Assembly: GCA_043228905.1 (NCBI GenBank)
Contig: JBHGNT010000127.1
Coordinates: 8,005 to 72,004 of the forward strand
Length of the DNA: 64,000 nt
DNA from: Azolla caroliniana
Taxonomy: Eukaryota > Plantae > Polypodiophyta
Direction: 5' to 3'
Shown here piece by piece: positions 14,901 to 28,601 of the stretch (position 1 is the stretch's first letter; the number at the start of each line of letters is the position of its first letter). Both the position numbers and the translations under genes were made by a program. Below the pieces are notes generated by a model. It made no database searches and was not told where the DNA came from. It saw only the letters and a program-made list of their open reading frames with translations.

Positions 14901-17900
14901 CTTGATTTTTTAATTCCATATTATAGCTAGCGTTGTCAGCTTGGATTCGCATATTTGTACACAAAAAGCCGATATCACACTTGCTAGGTATGAACATTTT
15001 AATTTACTCAAGTGCTCCTCTCAACTCACTACTCAAATTTGGTAATTTCTTCATGTCGCTCGACCTGAGTTTCAAAATCTTGATTTTTTAATTCCATATC
15101 ATAGCTAGCGTTGTTAGCTACGATTCGCATGTTTGAGCACAAACATCCGATATAACACTCGCCAGGTATGAACATTTTAATTTACCTACTAGCTCTTCCA
15201 ACCTCACTCCTCAAATTTGGTAATTTCGTTATGTCTCTCGACCTGAGTTTCAAAATCTTGATTTTTTAATTCCATATCAGAGCTAGCGTTGTTAGCTTCG
15301 ATTCGCATGTTTGTACATAAAAAGCCGATATCACACTCGCTAGGTATGAACATTTTAATTTACTCAAGGGCTCCTCTCAACTCACTCCTCTAATTTGGTA
15401 ATTTCGTCATGTCTCTCGACCTGAGTCTAAAAATCTAGATTTTCTAATTCCATATCATAGCTAGCGTTGTTAGCTTCGATTCGCATGTTTGAGCACAAAC
15501 ATCCGATATCACACTCGCCAGGTATGAACATTTTAATTTACCTACTAGCTCTTCCAACCTCACTCCTCAAATTTGGTAATTTCGTCATGTCTCTCGACCT
15601 GAGTTTCAAAATCTTGATTTTTTAATTCCATATCATAGCTAGCGTTGTTAGCTTCGATTCGCAGGTTTGTACACAAAAATCCGATATCACACTCGCTAGG
15701 GATGAACATTTTAATTTACTCAAGGGCTCCTCTCAACTCACTCCTCAAATTTGGTAATTTCGTCATGTCTCTCGACCTGAGGTTGAAAATCTTGATTTTT
15801 TAATTCCATATCATAGCTAGCGTTGTAGGCTTCGATTCGCATGTTTAAACACAAAAATCCGATATCACACTCGCCAGGTATGAACATTTTAATTTACCTA
15901 CTAGCTCTTCCCAACTCACTCCTCAAATTTGGTTATTTCGTCATGTCTCTCGACCTGAGTTTCAAAATCTTGATTTTTTAATTCCATATCATAGCTAACG
16001 TTGTCAACTTCGATTCGCACGTTTGTACACAAAAATCCGATATCACACTCGCTAGGTATGAACATTTTAATTTACTCAAGGGCTCCTCTCAACTCACTCC
16101 TCTAATTTGGTAATTTCGTCATGTCTCTCGACCTAAGTTTCAAAATCTTGATTTTTTAATTCCATATCAGAGCTAGCGTTGTCAGCTTTGATTCGCATGT
16201 TTGTACACAAAAAGCCGATATCACACTTGCTAGGTATGAACATTTTAATTTACTCAAGTTCTCCTCTCAACTCACTACTCAAATTTGGTAATTTCGTCAT
16301 GCCTCTCGACCTGAGTTTCCAAATCTTGATTTTTTAATTCCATATCATAGCTAGCGTTGTGAGCTTCGATTCGCATGTTTGTACACAAAAATCCGATATC
16401 ACACTCGCTAGGTATGAACATTTTAATTTACTCAAGGGCTCCTCTCAACTCACTCCTCAAATTTTGTAATTTCGTAGCTAGCGTTATTAGCTTCGATTCG
16501 CATGTTTGAAAACAAAAATCCGATATCACACTCGCCAGGTATGAACATTTTAATTTACCTACTATCTCTTCCCAACTCACTCCTCTAATTTGGTAATTTC
16601 GTCATGTCTCTCGACCTGAGTTTCAAAATCTTGATTTTTTAATTCCATATCATAGCTAGCGTTGTTAGCTTCGATTCGCATGTTTGTACACAAAAATCCG
16701 ATATCACACTCGCCAGGTATGAACATTTTAATTTACTCAAGGGCTCCTCTCAACTCACTCCTCAAATTTGGTAATTTCGTCATGTCTCTCGACCTGAGTT
16801 TGAAAATCTTGATTTTTTAATTCCATATCAGAGCTAGCGTTGTTAGCTTCGATTCGCATGTTTGTACACAAAAATCCGATATCACACTCGCCAGGTATGA
16901 ACATTTTAATTTACTCAAGGGCTCCTCTCAACTCACTCCTCAAATTTGGTAATTTCGTCATGTCTCTCGACCTGAGTTTGAAAATCTTGATTTTTTAATT
17001 CCATATCATAGCTAGCGTTGTTAGCTTCGATTCGCATGTTTGAACACAAAAATCCGATATCACACTCGCCAGGTATGAACATTTTAATTTACTCAAGGGC
17101 TCCTCTCAACTCACTACTGAAATTTGGTAATTTCGTCATGTCTCCCGACCTGAGTTTCAAAATCTTGATATTTTAATTCCATATCATAGCTAGCATTGTT
17201 AGCTTCGATTCGCATGTTTGAACACAGAAATCCGATATCACACGAGCCAGGTATGAACATTTTAATTTACCTACTAGCTCTTCCCAACTCACTCCTCAAA
17301 TTTGGTAATTTCGTCATGTCTCTCGATCTGAGTTTTCAAAATCTTGATTTTTTAATTCCATATCATAGCTAGCGTTGTGAGCTTCGATTCGCATGTTTGT
17401 ACACAAAAATCCGATATCACACTCGCTAGGTATGAACATTTTAATTTACTCAAGGGCTCCTCTCAACTCACTCCTCAAATTTGGTAATTTCGTCATGTCT
17501 CTCGACCTGAGTTTGAAAATCTTGATTTTTTAATTCCATATTATAGCTAGCGTTGTCAGCTTTGATTCGCATGTTTGTACACAAAAAGCCGATATCACAC
17601 TTGCTAGGTATGAACATTTTAATTTACTCAAGTGCTCCTCTCAACTCACTACTCAAATTTGGTAATTTCTTCATGTCGCTCGACCTGAGTTTCAAAATCT
17701 TGATTTTTTAATTCCATATCATAGCTAGCGTTGTTAGCTTCGATTCGCATGTTTGTACACAAAAATCCGATATCACACTTGCTAGGTATGAACATTTTAA
17801 TTTACTCAAGTGCTCCTCTCAACTCACTACTCAAATTTGGTAATTTCTTCATGTCGCTCGACCTGAGTTTCAAAATCTTGATATTTTAATTTCATATCAT

Positions 17901-20900
17901 AGGTAGCGTTGTTAGCTCCGATTCGCATGTTTGAACACAAAAATCCGATATCACACTCGCCTGGCATGAACATTTTAATTTACTCAAGGGCTCCTCTCAA
18001 CTCACTCCTCAAATTTGGTAATTTCGTCATGTCTCTCGACCTGAGTTTGAAATTCGCACGTTTTTAATTCCATATCAGAGCTAGCGTTGTTAGCTTCGAT
18101 TCGCATGTTTGAACACAACAATCCGATATCACACTCGCCAGGTATGAACATTTTAATTTACTCAAGGGCTCCTCTCAACTCACTCCTCAACTTTGGTAAT
18201 TTCGTCATGTCTCTGGACCTGAGTTTCAAAATCTTGATTTTTTAATTCCATATCATAGCTAGCGTTGTTAGCTTCGATTCGAATGTTTGAGCACAAACAT
18301 CCGATATCACACTCGCCACGTATGAACATTTTCATTTACCTACTAGCTCTTCGAACCTCACTCCTCAAATTTGGTAATTTCGTCATGTCTCTCGACCTGA
18401 GTTTCAAAATCTTGATTTTTTAATTCCATATCATAGCTAGCATTGTTAGCTTCGATTCGCATGTTTGTACACAAAAAACCGATATCACACTTGCTAGGTA
18501 TGAACATTTTAATTTACTCAAGTGCTCCTCTCAACTCACTACTCAAATTTGGTAATTTCGTCATGCCTCTCGACCTGAGTTTCCAAATCTTGATTTTTTA
18601 ATTCCATATCATAGCTAGCGTTGTGAGCTTCGATTCGCATGTTTGTACACAAAAATCCGATATCACACTCGCTACGTATGAACATTTTAATTTACTCAAG
18701 GGCTCCTCTCAACTCACTCCTCAAATTTTGTAATTTCGTCATGTCTCTCGACCTGAGTTTGAAAATCTTGATTTTTTAATTCCATATTATAGCTAGCGTT
18801 GTCAGCTTGGATTCGCATGTTTGTACACAAAAAGCCGATATCACACTTGCTAGGTATGAACATTTTCATTTACCTACTAGCTCTTCGAACCTCACTCCTC
18901 AAATTTGGTAATTTCTTCATGTCGCTCGACCTGAGTTTCAAAATCTTGATTTTTTAATTCCATATCATAGCTAGCGTTGTTAGCTTCGATTCGCATGTTT
19001 GTACACAAAAATCCGATATCACACTCGCCAGGTATGAACATTTTAATTTACTCAAGGGCTCCTCTCAACTCACTCCTCAAATTTGGTAATTTCGTCATGT
19101 CTCTCGACCTGAGTTTGAAAATCTTGATTTTTTAATTCCATATCAGAGCTAGCGTTGTTAGCTTCGATTCGCATGTTTGAACACAAAAATCCGATATCAC
19201 ACTCGCCAGGTATGAACATTTTAATTTACTCAAGGGCTCCTCTCAACTCACTCCTCAACTTTGGTAATTTCGTCATGTCTCTGGACCTGAGTTTCAAAAT
19301 CTTGATTTTTTAATTCCATATCAGAGCTAGCGTTGTCAGCTTTGATTCGCATGTTTGTACACAAAAAGCCGATATCACACTTGCTAGGTATGAAAATTTT
19401 AATTTACTCAAGTGCTCCTCTCAACTCACTACTGAAATTTGGTAATTTCGTCATGTCTCCCGACCTGAGTTTCAAAATCTTGATATTTTAATTCCATATC
19501 ATAGCTAGCATTGTTAGCTTCGATTCGCATGTTTGAACACAAAAATCCGATATCACACGAGCCAGGTATGAACATTTTAATTTACCTACTAGCTCTTCCC
19601 AACTCACTCCTCAAATTTGGTAATTTCGTCATGTCTCTCGATCTGAGTTTTCAAAATCTTGATTTTTTAATTCCATATCATAGCTAGCGTTGTGAGCTTC
19701 GATTCGCATGTTTGTACACAAAAATCCGATATCACACTCGCTAGGTATGAACATTTTAATTTACTCAAGGGCTCCTCTCAACTCACTCCTCAAATTTGGT
19801 AATTTCGTCATGTCTCTAGACCTGAGTTTCAAAATCTTGATTTTTTAATTCCATATCATAGCTAGCGTTGTTAGCTTCGATTCGCATGTTTGAACACAAA
19901 AATCCGATATCACACTCGCCAGGTATGAACATTTTAATTTACCTACTAGCTCTTCCCAACTCACTCCTCAAATTTGGTTATTTCGTCATGTCTCTCGGCC
20001 TGAGTTTCAAAATCTTGATTTTTTAATTCCATATCATAGCTAACGTTGTCAACTTTGATTCGCACGTTTGTACACAAAAATCCGATATCACACTCGCTAG
20101 GTATGAAAATTTTAATTTACTCAAGGGCTCCTCTCAACTCACTCCTCTAATTTGGTAATTTCGTCATGTCTCTCGACCTGAGTTTGAAAATCTTGATTTT
20201 TTAATTCCATATCATAGCTAGCGTTGTTAGCTTCGATTCGCATGTTTGAGCTCAAACATCCGATATCATACTCGCCAGGTATGAACATTTTAATTTACCT
20301 ACTAGCTCTTCCCAACTCACTCCTCTAATTTGGTAATTTTGTCATGTCTCTCGACCTGAATTTCAAAATCTTGATTTTTTAATTCCATATCAGAGCTAGC
20401 GTTGTCAGCTTTGATTCGCATGTTTGTACACAAAAAACCGATATCACACTTGCTAGGTATGAACATTTTAATTTATTCAAGTGCTCCTCTCAACTCACTA
20501 CTCAAATTTGGTAATTTCGTCATGCCTCTCGACCTGAGTTTCCAAATCTTGATTTTTTAATTCCATATCATAGCTAGCGTTGTGAGCTTCGATTCGCATG
20601 TTTGTACACAAAAATCCGATATCACACTCGCTAGGTATGAACATTTTAATTTACTCAAGGGCTCCTCTCAACTCACTCCTCAAATTTTGTAACTTCGTCA
20701 TGTCTCTCGACCTGAGTTTGAAAATCTTGATTTTTTAATTCCATATTATAGCTAGCGTTGTCAGCTTGGATTCGCATATTTGTACACAAAAAGCCGATAT
20801 CACACTTGCTAGGTATGAACATTTTAATTTACTCAAGTGCTCCTCTCAACTCACTACTCAAATTTGGTAATTTCTTCATGTCGCTCGACCTGAGTTTCAA

Positions 20901-21955
20901 AATCTTGATTTTTTAATTCCATATCATAGCTAGCGTTGTTAGCTACGATTCGCATGTTTGAGCACAAACATCCGATATAACACTCGCCAGGTATGAACAT
21001 TTTAATTTACCTACTAGCTCTTCCAACCTCACTCCTCAAATTTGGTAATTTCGTTATGTCTCTCGACCTGAGTTTCAAAATCTTGATTTTTTAATTCCAT
21101 ATCAGAGCTAGCGTTGTTAGCTTCGATTCGCATGTTTGTACATAAAAAGCCGATATCACACTCGCTAGGTATGAACATTTTAATTTACTCAAGGGCTCCT
21201 CTCAACTCACTCCTCTAATTTGGTAATTTTGTCATGTCTCTCGACCTGAGTCTAAAAATCTAGATTTTCTAATTCCATATCATAGCTAGCGTTGTTAGCT
21301 TCGATTCGCATGTTTGAGCACAAACATCCGATATCACACTCGCCAGGTATGAACATTTTAATTTACCTACTAGCTCTTCCAACCTCACTCCTCAAATTTG
21401 GTAATTTCGTCATGTCTCTCGACCTGAGTTTCAAAATCTTGATTTTTTAATTCCATATCATAGCTAGCGTTGTTAGCTTCGATTCGCAGGTTTGTACACA
21501 AAAATCCGATATCACACTCGCTAGGGATGAACATTTTAATTTACTCAAGGGCTCCTCTCAACTCACTCCTCAAATTTGGTAATTTCGTCATGTCTCTCGA
21601 CCTGAGTTTGAAAATCTTGATTTTTTAATTCCATATCATAGCTAGCGTTGTAGGCTTCGATTCGCATGTTTAAACACAAAAATCCGATATCACACTCGCC
21701 AGGTATGAACATTTTAATTTACCTACTAGCTCTTCCCAACTCACTCCTCAAATTTGGTTATTTCGTCATGTCTCTCGACCTGAGTTTCAAAATCTTGATT
21801 TTTTAATTCCATATCATAGCTAACGTTGTCAACTTCGATTCGCACGTTTGTACACAAAAATCCGATATCACACTCGCTAGGTATGAACATTTTAATTTAC
21901 TCAAGGGCTCCTCTCAACTCACTCCTCTAATTTGGTAATTTCGTCATGTCTCTCG
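11960..21955 (+). repeat. Direct duplication of about 4.2 kb (about 11960-16130 and 17785-21955; offset 5825 bp = 33 monomers)
   Basis: Markers at offset 5825: aggtagcg 12076/17901, gatctgagtttt 13815/19640, gagtctaaaaatctag 15423/21248, gcaggtttg 15661/21486. Confidence 0.92.
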
Positions 21956-22479
21956 ACTTGAGTTTCAAAATCTTGATATTTTAATTCCATATCATAGCTA
22001 GCGTTGTTTGCTTCGATTCGCATGTTTGAACACAAAAAACCGATATCACACTCGCTAGGTATGAACATTTTAATTTACTCAAGTGCTCCTCTCAACTCAC
22101 TACTCAAATTTGGTAATTTCGTCATGCCTCTCGACCTGAGTTTCCAAATCTTGATTTTTTAATTCCATATCATAGCTAGCGTTGTTAGCTTCGATTCGCA
22201 TGTTTGAACACAAAAATCCGATATCACACTCGCCAGGTATGAACATTGTAATTTACCTACTAGCTCTTCCCAACTCACTCCTCTAATTTGGTAATTTCGT
22301 TATGTCTCTCGACCTGAGTTTCAAAATCTTGATTTTTTAATTCCATATCATAGCTAACGTTGTTAACTTCGATTCGCACGTTTGTACACAAAAATCCGAT
22401 ATCACACTCGCTAGGTATGAACATTTTAATTTACTCAAGGGCTCCTCTCAACTCACTCCTCTAATTTGGTAATTTCGTC

Positions 22480-24290
22480 ATGTCTCTCGACCTGAGTTTG
22501 AAAATCTTGATTTTTTAATTCCATATCAGAGCTAGCGTTGTTAGCTTCGATTCGCATGTTTGAGCACAAACATCCGATATCATACTCGCCAGGTATGAAC
22601 ATTTTAATTTACCTACTAGCTCTTCCCAACTCACTCCTCTAATTTGGTAATTTTGTCATGTCTCTCGACCTGAATTTCAAAATCTTGATTTTTTAATTCC
22701 ATATCAGAGCTAGCGTTGTCAGCTTTGATTCGCATGTTTGTAAACAAAAAGCCGATATCACACTTGCTAGGTATGAACATTTTAATTTACTCAAGTGCTC
22801 CTCTCAACTCACTACTCAAATTTGGTAATTTCGTCATGCCTCTCGACCTGAGTTTCCAAATCTTGATTTTTTAATTCCATATCATAGCTAGCGTTGTGAG
22901 CTTCGATTCACATGTTTGTACACAAAAATCCGATATCACACTCGCTAGGTATGAACATTTTAATTTACTCAAGGGCTCCTCTCAACTCACTCCTCAAATT
23001 TTGTAATTTCGTCATGTCTCTCGACCTGAGTTTGAAAATCTTGATTTTTTAATTCCATATCAGAGCTAGCGTTGTTAGCTTCGATTCGCATGTTTGTACA
23101 TAAAAAGCCGATATCACACTCGCTAGGTATGAACATTTTAATTTACTCAAGGGCTCCTCTCAACTCACTCCTCTAATTTGGTAATTTCGTCATGTCTCTC
23201 GACCTGAGTCTAAAAATCTAGATTTTCTAATTCCATATCATAGCTAGCGTTGTTAGCTTCGATTCGCATGTTTGAGCACAAACCTCCGATATCATACTCG
23301 CCAGGTATAAACATTTTAATTTACCTACTAGCTCTTCCCAACTCACTCCTCTAATTTGGTAATTTCGTCATGTCTCTCGAACTGAGTTTGAAAATCTTGA
23401 TTTTTTAATTCCATATCAGAGCTAGCGTTGTTAGCTTCGATTCGCATGTTTGAGCACAAACATCCGATATCATACTCACCAGGTATGAACATTTTAATTT
23501 ACCTACTAGCTCTTCCCAACTCACTCCTCTAATTTGGTAATTTTGTCATGTCTCTCGACCTGAATTTCAAAATCTTGATTTTTTAATTCCATATCAGAGC
23601 TAGCGTTGTCAGCTTTGATTCGCATGTTTGTACACAAAAAGCCGATATCACACTTGCTAGGTATGAACATTTTAATTTACTCAAGTGCTCCTCTCAACTC
23701 ACTACTCAAATTTGGTAATTTCGTCATGCCTCTCGACCTGAGTTTCCAAATCTTGATTTTTTAATTCCATATCATAGCTAGCATTGTGAGCTTCGATTCG
23801 CATGTTTGTACACAAAAATCCGATATCACACTCGCTAGGTATGAACATTTTAATTTACTCAAGGGCTCCTCTCAACTCACTCCTCAAATTTTGTAATTTC
23901 GTCATGTCTCTCGACCTGAGTTTGAAAATCTTGATTTTTTAATTCCATATCAGAGCTAGCGTTGTTAGCTTCGATTCGCATGTTTGTACATAAAAAGCCG
24001 ATATCACACTCGCTAGGTATGAACATTTTAATTTACTCAAGGGCTCCTCTCTACTCACTCCTCTAATTTGGTAATTTCGTCATGTCCCTCGACCTGAGTC
24101 TAAAAATCTAGATTTTCTAATTCCATATCATAGCTAGCGTTGTTAGCTTCGATTCGCATGTTTGAGCACAAACCTCCGATATCATACTCGCCAGGTATGA
24201 ACATTTTAATTTACCTACTAGGTCTTCCCAACTCACTCCTCTAATTTGGTAATTTTGTCATGTCTCTCGACCTGAGTTTCAAAATCTTGA
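22480..24290 (+). repeat. Tandem 5-mer higher-order repeat (890 bp x about 2)
   Basis: gagtctaaaaatctag at 23206/24096 and rare aacctccgat at 23281/24171 (offset 890 = 5 x 178). Confidence 0.85.
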
Positions 24291-26089
24291 TTTTTTAATT
24301 CCATATCAGAGCTAGCGTTGTCAGCTTTGATTCGCATGTTTGTACACAAAAAGCCGATATCACACTTGCTAGGTATGAACATTTTAATTTACTCAAGTGC
24401 TCCTCTCAACTCACTCCTCAAATTTGCTAATTTCGTCATGTCTCTCGACTTGAGTTTCAAAATCTTGATATTTTAATTCCATATCATAGCTAGCGTAGTT
24501 TGCTTCGATTCGCATGTTTGAACACAAAAAACCGATATCACACTCGCTAGGTATGAACATTTTAATTTACTCAAGGGCTCCTCTCAACTCACTCCTAAAA
24601 TTTGGTAATTTCGTCATGTCTCTGGACCTGAGTTTCAAAATCTTGATTTTTTAATTCCATATCATAGCTAGCGTTGTTAGCTTCGATTCGAATGTTTGAG
24701 CACAAACATCCGATATCACACTCGCCACGTATGAACATTTTCATTTACCTACTAGCTCTTCGAACCTCACTCCTCAAATTTGGTAATTTCGTCTTGTCTC
24801 TCGACCTGAGTTACAAAATCTAGATTTTCTAATTCCATATCATAGCTAGCGTTGTTAGCTTCGATTCGCATGTTTGAACACAAAAATCCGATATCACACG
24901 AGCCAGGTATGAACTATTTTAATTTACGTACTAGCTCTTCCAACCTCACTACTAAATTTTGGTAATTTCGTCATGTCTCTCGACCTGAGTTTCAAAATCT
25001 TGAATTTTTAATTCCTTATCATAGCTAGCGTTGTTAGCTTCGATTCGCATGTTTGTACACAAAAATCCGATATCACACTCGCCAGGTATGAACATTTTAA
25101 TTTACTCAAGGGCTCCTCTCAACTCACTCCTCAACTTTGGTAATTTCGTCATTTCTGTCGACCTGAGTTTCAAAATCTTGATTTTTTAATTCCTTATCAT
25201 AGCTAGCGTTGTCAGCTTCGATTCGCATGTTTGTACACAAAAATCCGATATCACACTTGCTAGGTATGAACATTTTAATTTACTCAAGTGCTCCTCTCAA
25301 CTCACTACTCAAATTTGGTAATTTCTTCATGTCTCTCGACTTGAGTTTCAAAATCTTGATGTTTTAATCGCATATCATAGCTAGCGTTGTTAGCTTCAAT
25401 TCGCATGTTTGAACACAAAAAACCGATATCACACTCGCTAGGTATGAACATGTTAATTTACACAAGGGCTCCTCTCAACTCAGTACTCAAATTTGGTAAT
25501 TTCGTCATGTCTCTGGACCTGAGTTTCAAAATTTTGATTTTTTAATTCCATATCATAGCTAGCGTTGTTAGCTTCGATTCACATGTTTGAGCACAAACAT
25601 CCGATATCACACTCGCCAGGTATGAACATTTTCATTTACCTACTAGCTCTTCGAACCTCACTCCTCAAATTTGGTAATTTCGTCATGTCTCTCGACCTGA
25701 GTTTCAAAATCTTGATTTTTTAATTCCATATCATAGCTAGCGTTGTTAGCTTCGATTCGCATGTTTGAGCACAAACATCCGATATCATACTCGCCAGGTA
25801 TGAACATTTTAATTTACCTACTAGCTCTTCCCAACTTACTCCTCTAATTTGGTAATTTTGTCATGTCTCTCGACCTGAGTTTCAAAATCTTGATATTTTA
25901 ATTCCATATCATAGCTAGCGTAGTTTGCTTCGATTCGCATGTTTGAACACAAAAAACCGATATCACACTCGCTAGGTATGAACATTTTAATTTACTCAAG
26001 TGCTCCTCTCAACTCACTACTCAAATTTGGTAATTTCGTCATGCCTCTCGACCTGAGTTTCCAAATATTGATTTTTTAATTCCATATCA

Positions 26090-27480
26090 TAGCTAGCGTT
26101 GTGAGCTTCGATTCGCATGTTTGTACACAAAAATCCGATATCACACTCGCTAGGTATGAACATTTTAATTTACTCAAGGGCTCCTCTCAACTCACTCCTC
26201 AAATTTTGTAATTTCGTCATGTCTCTCGACCTGAGTTTGAAAATCTTGATTTTTTAATTCCATATTATAGCTAGCGTTGTCAGCTTGGATTCGCATGTTT
26301 GTACACAAAAAGCCGATATCACACTTGCTAGGTATGAACATTTTAATTTACTCAAGTGCTCCTCTCAACTCACTACTCAAATTTGGTAATTTCTTCATAT
26401 CGCTCGACCTGAGTTTCAAAATCTTGATTTTTTAATTCCATATCATAGCTAGCGTTGTTAGCTTCGATTCGCATGTTTGAGCACAAACATCCGATATAAC
26501 ACTCGCCAGGTATGAACATTTTAATTTACCTACTAGCTCTTCCAACCTCACTCCTCAAATTTGGTAATTTCGTTATGTCTCTCGACCTGAGTTTCAAAAT
26601 CTTGATTTTTTAATTCCATATCAGAGCTAGCGTTGTTAGCTTCGATTCGCATGTTTGTACATAAAAAGCCGATATCACACTCGCTAGGTATGAACATTTT
26701 AATTTACTCAAGGGCTCCTCTCAACTCACTCCTCTAATTTGGTAATTTCGTCATGTCTCTCGACCTGAGTCTAAAAATCTAGATTTTCTAATTCCATATC
26801 ATAGCTAGCGTTGTTAGCTTCGATTCGCATGTTTGAGCACAAACATCCGATATCACACTCGCCAGGTATGAACATTTTAATTTACCTACTAGCTCTTCCA
26901 ACCTCACTCCTCAAATTTGGTAATTTCGTCATGTCTCTCGACCTGAGTTTCAAAATCTTGATTTTTTAATTCCATATCATAGCTAGCGTTGTTAGCTTCG
27001 ATTCGCAGGTTTGTACACAAAAATCCGATATCACACTCGCTAGGGATGAACATTTTAATTTACTCAAGGGCTCCTCTCAACTCACTCCTCAAATTTGGTA
27101 ATTTCGTCATGTCTCTCGACCTGAGTTTGAAAATCTTGATTTTTTAATTCCATATCATAGCTAGCGTTGTAGGCTTCGATTCGCATGTTTGAACACAAAA
27201 ATCCGATATCACACTCGCCAGGTATGAACATTTTAATTTACCTACTAGCTCTTCCCAACTCACTCCTCAAATTTGGTTATTTCGTCATGTCTCTCGACCT
27301 GAGTTTCAAAATCTTGATTTTTTAATTCCATATCATAGCTAACGTTGTCAACTTCGATTCGCACGTTTGTACACAAAAATCCGATATCACACTCGCTAGG
27401 TATGAACATTTTAATTTACTCAAGGGCTCCTCTCAACTCACTCCTCTAATTTGGTAATTTCGTCATGTCTCTCGACCTGA
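26090..27480 (+). repeat. Third partial copy of the block at about 14750-16130 / 20570-21955
   Basis: Same ordered markers (gatataacac, gagtctaaaa 26767, gcaggtttg, tagggatgaa, gttgtaggc); offset 5519 from the second copy. Confidence 0.85.
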
Positions 27481-28601
27481 GTTTCAAAATCTTGATTTTT
27501 TAATTCCATATCATAGCTAGCGTTGTTAGCTTCGATTCGCATGTTTGAACACAAAAATCCGATATCACACTCGCCAGGTATGAACATTTTAATTTACCTA
27601 CTAGCTCTTCCCAACTCACTCCTCAAATTTGGTTATTTCGTCATGTCTCTCGGCCTGAGTTTCAGAATCTTGATTTTTTAATTCCATATCATAGCTAACG
27701 TTGTCAACTTTGATTCGCACGTTTGTACACAAAAATCCGATATCACACTCGCTAGGTATGAAAATTTTAATTTACTCAAGGGCTCCTCTCAACTCACTCC
27801 TCTAATTTGGTAATTTCGTCATGTCTCTCGACTTGAGTTTCAAAATCTTGATATTTTAATTCCATATCATAGCTAGCGTAGTTTGCTTCGATTCGCATGT
27901 TTGAACACAAAAAACCGATATCACACTCGCTAGGTATGAACATTTTAATTTACTCAAGTGCTCCTCTCAACTCACTACTCAAATTTGGTAATTTCGTCAT
28001 GCCTCTCGACCTGAGTTTCCAAATCTTGATTTTTTAATTCCATATCATAGCTAGCGTTGTTAGCTTCGATTCGCATGTTTGAACACAAAAATCCGATATC
28101 ACACTCGCCAGGTATGAACATTGTAATTTACCTACTAGCTCTTCCCAACTCACTCCTCTAATTTGGTAATTTCGTCATGTCTCTCGACCTGAGTTTCAAA
28201 ATCTTGATTTTTTAATTCCATATCATAGCTAACGTTGTCAACTTCGATTCGCACGTTTGTACACAAAAATCCGATATCACACTCGCTAGGTATGAACATT
28301 TTAATTTACTCAAGGGCTCCTCTCAACTCACTCCTCTAATTTGGTAATTTCGTCATGTCTCTCGACCTGAGTTTGAAAATCTTGATTTTTTATTTCCATA
28401 TCAGAGCTAGCGTTGTTAGCTTCGATTCGCATGTTTGAGCACAAACATCCGATATCATACTCGCCAGGTATGAACATTTTAATTTACCTACTAGCTCTTC
28501 CCAACTCACTCCTCTAATTTGGTAATTTTGTCATGTCTCTCGACCTGAATTTCAAAATCTTGATTTTTTAATTCCATATCAGAGCTAGCGTTGTCAGCTT
28601 T

